A stretch of 63,910 nucleotides of DNA, filler included, from Craspedostauros australis (taxonomy: Eukaryota), in NCBI GenBank assembly GCA_030167865.1. It is 17 parts of 17 records of this genome, joined end to end, with 100 filler letters (N's around TTAATTAATTAA, not from the genome) between each part and the next. Parts side by side here need not be neighbours in the genome. Positions count along the whole stretch, not along the records: positions 57,473 to 59,090 come from JALAGF010006279.1; positions 59,191 to 61,154 come from JALAGF010006280.1; positions 61,255 to 63,910 come from JALAGF010006288.1; 14 more parts are not named here. One strand, given 5' to 3'. The position numbers were made by a program, and so were the translations under genes. The notes under the pieces were generated by a model. That model saw nothing but the letters and a program-made list of their open reading frames with translations. It had not been told where the DNA came from and did no database searches. This document shows, in pieces, positions 57,473 to 63,910 of this stretch. Position 1 is the stretch's first letter. Each line of letters starts with the position of its first letter.

Positions 57473-59090
57473 TCATGGCGTTCACAGCTGAGCAGAACAA
57501 CCCTTCCCTTCCGTCTTCGCACTCGCATTCGACTGCAAGCTCTCCCATTCCGTCTCTGATGGGCATGGGCCACCACACCACTCCAGCATCCGCATTCCGT
57601 CCGGTGCCTGAAGAACCTCCGCATGTGAACTTCGCATTCGATCCTTNNNNNNNNNNNNNNNNNNNNNNNNNNNNNNNNNNNNNNNNNNNNNNNNNNNNNN
57701 NACCCTCTTCCAACTTCCAAGGTGTCCAAGCCATGGAGCTACCGGCTGACTACGTCAAGGAGTTCAGCAAGGCAACCAAGCGAGAGAGTCTGTCGCTCCC
57801 GACACTGAAGGACGACAAGCACTTCCTCACCTTCATGCGGACCTTTGAGACTCTTTCCTTCTCTCATGGACTCAACCACCATCTCGACATGGACTTCATG
57901 CCGGCAACCAAGGACGAGGCCTTCTTCGCGAGCCAGAATCGCTACCTCTTCGCCGTGCTCACTGAGCATGTCAAGACTTCCAAGAGTNNNNNNNNNNNNN
58001 NNNNNNNNNNNNNNNNNNNNNNNNNNNNNNNNNNNNNTTCTTCGCGCTCGCATTCGACTGCAAGCACACCTGTGCCATCTCCAATTGGCATGGGCATGGG
58101 CATGGGCAACCACACCACTCCAGCATCCGCATTCCGTCCTGTGGCCGAAGAACCTCCGCATGTGAACTTCGGATTCGATCCTTCGGCTTCGGTGCCTGAT
58201 CCTGCCTTCACGCAACCGCCTGTGACTCCATCCATGGCACCCGCTTCCAACTTCCAAGGTGTCCAAGCCATGGAGCTTCCAGCGGACTACGTCAAGGAGT
58301 TCAGCAAGGCGACCAAGCGGGAGAGCCTGTCACTTCCAACATTGAAGGACGACAAGCACTTCCTCACCTTCATGCGGACCTTCGAGACTCTTTCCTTCTC
58401 CCATGGACTCAACCACCATCTTGATATGGACTTCATGCCAGCACCCAAGGACGAGGCCTTCTTTGCGAGCCAGAATCGCTACCTCTTCGCCGTGCTCACT
58501 GAGCATGTCAAGACTTCCAAGAGTCGGCGCATCATCCGTGCCTACAAGAAGTCTTGCGATGGCCGTGCGGCCTATGCCGATCTCGTCGATAGCTACACCA
58601 GTGGCGTCGTCGGCGAGACTCTGTCCATCAAGTACAGAGATACCATCGTCGCTTTCCGATTGGACCAATCTTGGACCAAGACCCGCGAGCAATTCCTCGA
58701 TGCCTGGGAAACCAAGCTCGATGACATCGAAGAGCTCGATGATGCATGTGTCGATGAGGCGGTCAAGCAGCAATGGTTGCGTACCGCCATCGGTCCCGAT
58801 GTCGACTTGACTCGGGCCTACACCAACGTGAAGTCCAACTCCCGTCAACGTCACAAGCAATCTCGCNNNNNNNNNNNNNNNNNNNNNNNNNNNNNNNNNN
58901 NNNNNNNNNNNNNNNNNGCGGCTTCATCAAGGTTGGTGTCTCCTTCGAAGACCTCCTCGAGTTCGTTCGAGATGAGGCACAATCCCTCGACGCCAACCAG
59001 CCTCGTACCACATCTCGGCGCAAGGTCAACAACGCCAAGACCAGCGGCTCTGCTGGCAAAGGCAATGGCAAGGACTACGCCAAGGACGAC
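57473..59090 (+). mobile_element. gag: Ty1/copia gag (diatom CoDi-type); two diverged copies juxtaposed
   Basis: PTLKDDKHF..QNRYLFAVLTEHVKTSKSRRIIRAY..DGRAAYADL..FRLDQSW..FLDAWETKL..KQQWLRTAI. Region 57512-57987 is repeated at about 58038-58525. Confidence 0.75.
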
Positions 59091-59190
59091 NNNNNNNNNN
59101 NNNNNNNNNNNNNNNNNNNNNNNNNNNNNNNNNNTTAATTAATTAANNNNNNNNNNNNNNNNNNNNNNNNNNNNNNNNNNNNNNNNNNNN

Positions 59191-59670
59191 TCTAGCCATG
59201 CCGAGTGCATCATTGAGCACGTAGCAACAACATTTAGGATCCAGAACAACATCGTCAGAGGTGATGCATGCACCACGTCGACGTAGACGGATCAACTCAT
59301 ATGTGATCAAACAGAGATCAAGATTAGGCAAGACCAGGAGAGATGAAGAAAGACCCAANNNNNNNNNNNNNNNNNNNNNNNNNNNNNNNNNNNNNNNNNN
59401 NNNNNNNNNNNNNNNNNNNNNNNNNNNNNNNNNNNNNNNNNNNNNNNNNNNNNNNNNNNNNNNNNNNNNNNNNNNNNNNNNNNNNNNNNNNNNNNNNNNN
59501 NNNNNNNNNNNNNNNNNNNNNNNNNNNNNNNNNNNNNNNNNNNNNNNNNNNNNNNNNNNNNNNNNNNNNNNNNNNNNACTCCACCTCTTGGCTTGATCAC
59601 CCTGGCGGCGTAGTAAGTGCAGTGTTTGGTGCTCCCCTCTTGTCCTGTGTGTAATTGCTGATTATCACTG
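59191..59670 (+). mobile_element. LTR-like repeat, copy 2
   Basis: Shares CAAGACCAGGAGAGATGAAGAAAGACCCAA and the terminal ~80 bp with 53064-53404. Confidence 0.65.
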
Positions 59671-60136
59671 TGAAAGGCAAGAAGAAGGATGAGGAAGCCA
59701 AGAAGCCAAGTGCCATGACTCCTGAAGAGGAGGCTGAGTACAAGAAGGCATTGGCAAAGTACGCGTTTGAAGAACTGACCATGGCTATTAGCCATGANNN
59801 NNNNNNNNNNNNNNNNNNNNNNNNNNNNNNNNNNNNNNNNNNNNNNNTGAGACCACCGAAGGCAATGTTGCCTTCATGGCTGTGTTGGGATGCAAGAGCA
59901 GTGCTTACGAGGGAGGAGACCCACGTAAGGCGTGGAAGGCTCTTGAGCGTATCTATGAGCAGCGCACTGCGCCTATGAAGGCAAAATTGTTGGCGCAGCT
60001 CAACGGGATGCGCATGAAGAAGGGAGAACACCCGGACACGTTCCTCACCGAGATGGAAGTACTCCGCGGACGTCTCTCCCACGCCGGAGTCGATTTGAAC
60101 ATGACGCAGTACCACATGCTCGTGCTTAATAAATAA
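59671..60136 (+). pseudogene. gag: Ty1/copia gag fragment (Retrotran_gag_2/UBN2-like), truncated at both ends
   Basis: AFEELTMAISH..ETTEGNVAF..GDPRKAWKALERIYE..MKKGEHPDTFLTEMEVLRGRL..HMLVLNK*. Confidence 0.8.
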
Positions 60137-60865
60137 ATAACTCAAGGATTAGTCGGTCTTATGCTGCGACTGCGTCGGCGACGCTTTTCTCCGCCTCCTT
60201 TCAACTCCATGTGGAACACATGGAGGGGGTACGGAATCTAAGGTATGTGTACTGGACTTTGGCTGCATGTCTGCTGGGTACTCTCACTTGGGTGCTTCTG
60301 TCGGACGTCGGATTTGGAAGCCTGTGCGCGAGTGGACTTGCATCCACCTGGCCAGCGGTCCTGCGGCCATGCGGGTATGGAGTAGCCTTGCGGCCTGCTC
60401 CATCCACAGGGCTATGCTTGCTGCGTCGGCGTCCCTGGGAGTTGTCGGAAAAAGTGAAAATGTAGTTATTTCTGTCGGAGCCCATTGCCAACCACGCCAA
60501 TCAGAATCCTCGATTGACTAATACGACCCAATACTGACATTTGAATTTTTCCTCAGCTGACTCATTCGTGATTCGAATTGGTTCACGAAAGTGATTGATT
60601 GAGGGTGCTGGGACACCCGGCAAAATGGGTCGAATTAGTCTATCTTGGAGGCTACAAACCCAGCCAATCAAAACTCGTTGTTTTTGCGATGACAAAAGAT
60701 CCCACAAGAGGAATGTTCTCGAATCAAATTTGCGTTCTCAGGAACTCTTTGAAGGTCATAGCTTCCAGTTTTATTTATGGGTATTTCATGGAGAAACTCC
60801 GAAAATGACTCTGCAATACTGTGTCTTGATTTAATCCCGACCAGTCGTGCGAAAACCGAACCCTT

Positions 60866-61035
60866 GATTTAAATAGCCGTCATTCGATTTTTTTATCCGT
60901 CATTCGATTTAAATATCCGTCATTCGATTTTAATATCCGTCATTCGATTTATTTATCCGTCATTCGATTTTAATATCCGTCATTCGATTTATTTATCCGT
61001 CACTCGATTTAATTATCCGTCATTCGATTTATTTA
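60866..61035. repeat. 20-bp minisatellite, 8 copies
   Basis: CCGTCATTCGATTT plus a 6-nt AT-rich variable part, starting at 60877, 60897 and so on to 61017. Confidence 0.95.
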
Positions 61036-61254
61036 GTTATCAATCCATTGTCTTCACGGGACACCATTGCCACTATCGGACTAGTTCGACTAAACGAGGT
61101 TCTCGTCACATCGCGATTGATGAAACGGAAACAGACCAACAGACCACGAATACANNNNNNNNNNNNNNNNNNNNNNNNNNNNNNNNNNNNNNNNNNNNTT
61201 AATTAATTAANNNNNNNNNNNNNNNNNNNNNNNNNNNNNNNNNNNNNNNNNNNN

Positions 61255-62660
61255 CGATGACGGTGGTGTTGCATTCGACCGGTCCGTGGTCGACGACCCT
61301 GAGCTCGTGGACATGTTCGAGCGTGGCATTCCCACGCCTGACTTCCGCACGCCTCGCCATGGCAGTCGCGGGGCTCCTACCGGTGCCAACCAACGTGGTG
61401 CTGCTGCTGACGCACGCACTCATGTGGACGGCTCCAGTGGGTACGACTTCTTCGACGACATCATGCGTGAAGACTTGGCGCACCGCGCCAGGTACCACGA
61501 TTCCGCGCCTTATGGTGTCGACCTCAAGAAGCATCCCACGTGGCAGTATCAAGCCAGCTCGCGCATTCAAGTTGACAAGCGCGGCTTCCTTGATGCCCAT
61601 GTCACTCCTCTCAGCAGTCTGGAGCCTCACCATGTCCGTACATGGTATGAGCACTACCAGATGGTGGCGGAACAGTACGGCGCGTACATCATTCCCCTTT
61701 CCTTCTACAGGGTCGACTGCGTCGTGTTTCCGTCTTTCCTCACCAGCAGCACGGTCGCTGCTATCAACGCGGCGCACGCCATGAAGCTGCTGTCACCCGG
61801 GGTGCTCGAGGTCAAGCCTGACACAAAGCTTGCCATCCACTACCAGCGCTTCCTACAGACGCGAAGTTTTGAAATGCTCAACGCATTTCACTTTCTGCAT
61901 TGCGTCCTACAGTGCACGGTAACCGCACCGGCGGCTGCAGGCATTCCCATGCCACCAAGATTTGATGGGAAGCAAGGCGTCATCTCTTTCGCGACGTCCC
62001 TCNNNNNNNNNNNNNNNNNNNNNNNNNNNNNNNNNNNNNNNNNNNNNNNNNNTGCATCAGTTCAGTCCGCGTCGAGCATCCATTCATTTTTTGGATGAGA
62101 TGCAGAGCGCCGGACACAACGTCAATCAGTACAAAGAGCTGGTTCTCGCACGCGAAGATGACTCCAGCTTTCCTCATACCTTACACGTTGGGGAGCTGGC
62201 TGTCAAGCTTGCTGACAGTGCGGGCGACACCAAGACCGCACATGCTGTGACTCGGTCCCAACGACGCCAAGGCGGACCACATGGCCAAAGCCGTGGTCGC
62301 GGGAATCGCGATCGTGCGAGCGATGACGATGATGATGGGGTCAATCAAGACTTCCGCGCTCGTCGCGACGACTTCCGCAAGCCANTCAAGGGCGCCATCT
62401 GCGCCGCTTGCGGCCGTGGAGGGCACGAGAGCACCAGCTGCGTGTTCCTTGCTCGCCACCAAAATCTTGCCAGCTTCCGCAAGAAGAACATGAAGCTGGC
62501 CGAGAAACTGGGCAACACCCTCATGAAGATGGCCACACCCAATGGGCGCAAAGCCGTTGCAAGGGTGCTTCAAACCAGGGCACAAGATAGTGATGGGTCC
62601 GATGTCGACGATGACGACCTTCTCATGTCTGTGCTCCAGTTCGGGCAGGATTTTTCCTAA
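61255..62660 (+). CDS. gag: Ty1/copia gag ORF (5' truncated, gapped) with a CCHC knuckle
   Basis: CAACGRGGHESTSC (CX2CX4HX4C); ends ..QDFS* at 62660. Confidence 0.75.
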
Positions 62661-62695
62661 GCCGGCCAGCACATCCTTCTGCTGGTGAACGGCTT
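62648..62695 (+). promoter_or_regulatory. Putative -1 programmed ribosomal frameshift signal (G_GAU_UUU + hairpin)
   Basis: The slippery heptamer 62648-62654 is phased with gag. After a 6-nt spacer comes the stem GCCG-GCCAGCA / loop CATCCTTC / TGCTGGT-GAA-CGGC. The -1 frame is open into pol. Confidence 0.75.
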
Positions 62696-63910
62696 ATCAC
62701 ACATGAATGCGCGGTAGATTCAGGGCCAGCCAACTCCGTTGGCATACTGCCTGCGCCATCACAGGCCCATGGTACTCAGTCGACCTCGCAGGTGCTTCCA
62801 AAGCCACCCGCNCAGCCGACTGAGTGGCACATGCTCGTGCCTGAAGGGCCAAGAATCGCATGTGTCATTGCCCATGAGGCGAGCGGTGGTCATGAACGTA
62901 TACACAGCGTTCCCCTGCTCCATCATGTGACACCGGTTGGCGGATTCAACAGCGCTGCCCGCCAACAGTGCGACTTGGGTGCCAACATCTCAGTCACCAA
63001 TGCCAAACACGTCCTTGCGGACGTGACACCACTCGACCTTCCACTCGACCTATCCGGCGCCAACGTCAGGTCAGGTGCTATGGTGTGCACACACCGTGGT
63101 GTCTTTCCATTCCGGCTCAACGATGGCGATGTCATCCCCATCCCGATGTACTTCTGCCAGCACGTCTCGGCCACTCTTCTCTCTCTACAGCTCATCTGTG
63201 AGCACTCGGCGGTGTATGACACCTTCGATGTGGTGTGTAGGGATCGTAATGACCCCCATGTCAGGTTCTATGGCAACACACACAAGTTCTCCAAGCGCGC
63301 TTCCATGGTGAGGATCAACGACCTCTACTTTTTCATGGCTCTGTACTCTGTACACAGCGTGACAGCGTCTACTGGGAACAAGGCCCTCACCTACGAGCTG
63401 TGGCATCAGCGCCTCGGACATCCTGGGCATCATCAGATGGTGCATCTTCCGCAACACTCTGTGGGCATCCCTGCCAAGGTTGCAACTGGTCAACATCCGG
63501 TCCGCATGTGCACCACGTGCATGGAGGCCCGTGCACAGCGACAGCCGAGAGGTCCTACTGCTGACGTTTCCGCTCTGGCGGTTGGTTCTCGATTCCATAT
63601 GGACTTCGGCTACATGCGTGCGAGCTCGTCTCAGTACGCCAAAGTCAAGAACATGCCGGCAGTGGTGGAATCCTTTGACCGATGTACTGCATATCTACTC
63701 ATCGTGGATGCATACTCGAGGTACGCATGGGTGTTTAACACCGAAGGCAAGAGCACTCCAGTCGATGTGGTGCGTACACACCTCCAACGGTTCGGTCGGA
63801 AGGACGGATACCGTGCCATTCGAGTAGATCATGGTGGTGAGCTGTACACATCCCGGGCATTCGCGGAAATGGTTCGTGATGCTGGGTACATCCTCGAACC
63901 AACGGGCGCC
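62648..63910 (+). CDS. pol: Ty1/copia pol (protease, GAG-pre-integrase, integrase core); runs off the window and is absent from the ORF track
   Basis: Manual translation gives no stops: QCDLGANISVT, ELWHQRLGHPG..CTTC, FHMDFGY, LIVDAYSRYAWV, IRVDHGGEL..LEPTGA. Confidence 0.92.

Noticed and set aside
60866..61035. Mini-CRISPR or telomeric repeat
   Set aside because: The variable part is only 6 nt and AT-rich, and the unit is not TTAGGG-like. It is a simple minisatellite.
8733..61210. Recurrent TTAATTAATTAA palindromes as biological sites (piggyBac targets or PacI-like motifs)
   Set aside because: They are always centred in 44-N flanks, so they are synthetic six-frame-stop scaffold linkers. 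ORFs ending in LIN or N at these points are artifacts.

Overview
Eukaryotic DNA, most likely from a diatom (inferred from diatom-type Copia and Ambal-like LINE motifs and short GT-AG introns). The window is not contiguous. It is 17 small gapped scaffolds joined by artificial 100-nt linkers (N44-TTAATTAATTAA-N44), so adjacency across linkers has no biological meaning. Host-type genes: a 1.3-kaa STAND/AAA P-loop NTPase with a helical C-terminus; an ankyrin-coiled-coil-BTB protein with 13 near-identical 102-bp repeats that vary mainly at target-contact codons; a truncated paralog of that gene with a relic BTB domain; a small spliced orphan gene; and a decayed Ser/Arg-rich gene. The rest is repeat content: seven Ty1/copia fragments (one with an intact -1 frameshift signal between gag and pol), LTR-like repeats, a degenerate APE-RT LINE, two kinds of piggyBac-like transposase (one family apparently carrying a YqaJ/lambda-exonuclease-like insert), a possible Sola-like transposase, a TIR-bounded non-autonomous element, a ~182-bp satellite array and several minisatellites. 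I saw no rRNA, tRNA or CRISPR array. All family assignments come from motifs read by eye; no searches were run.
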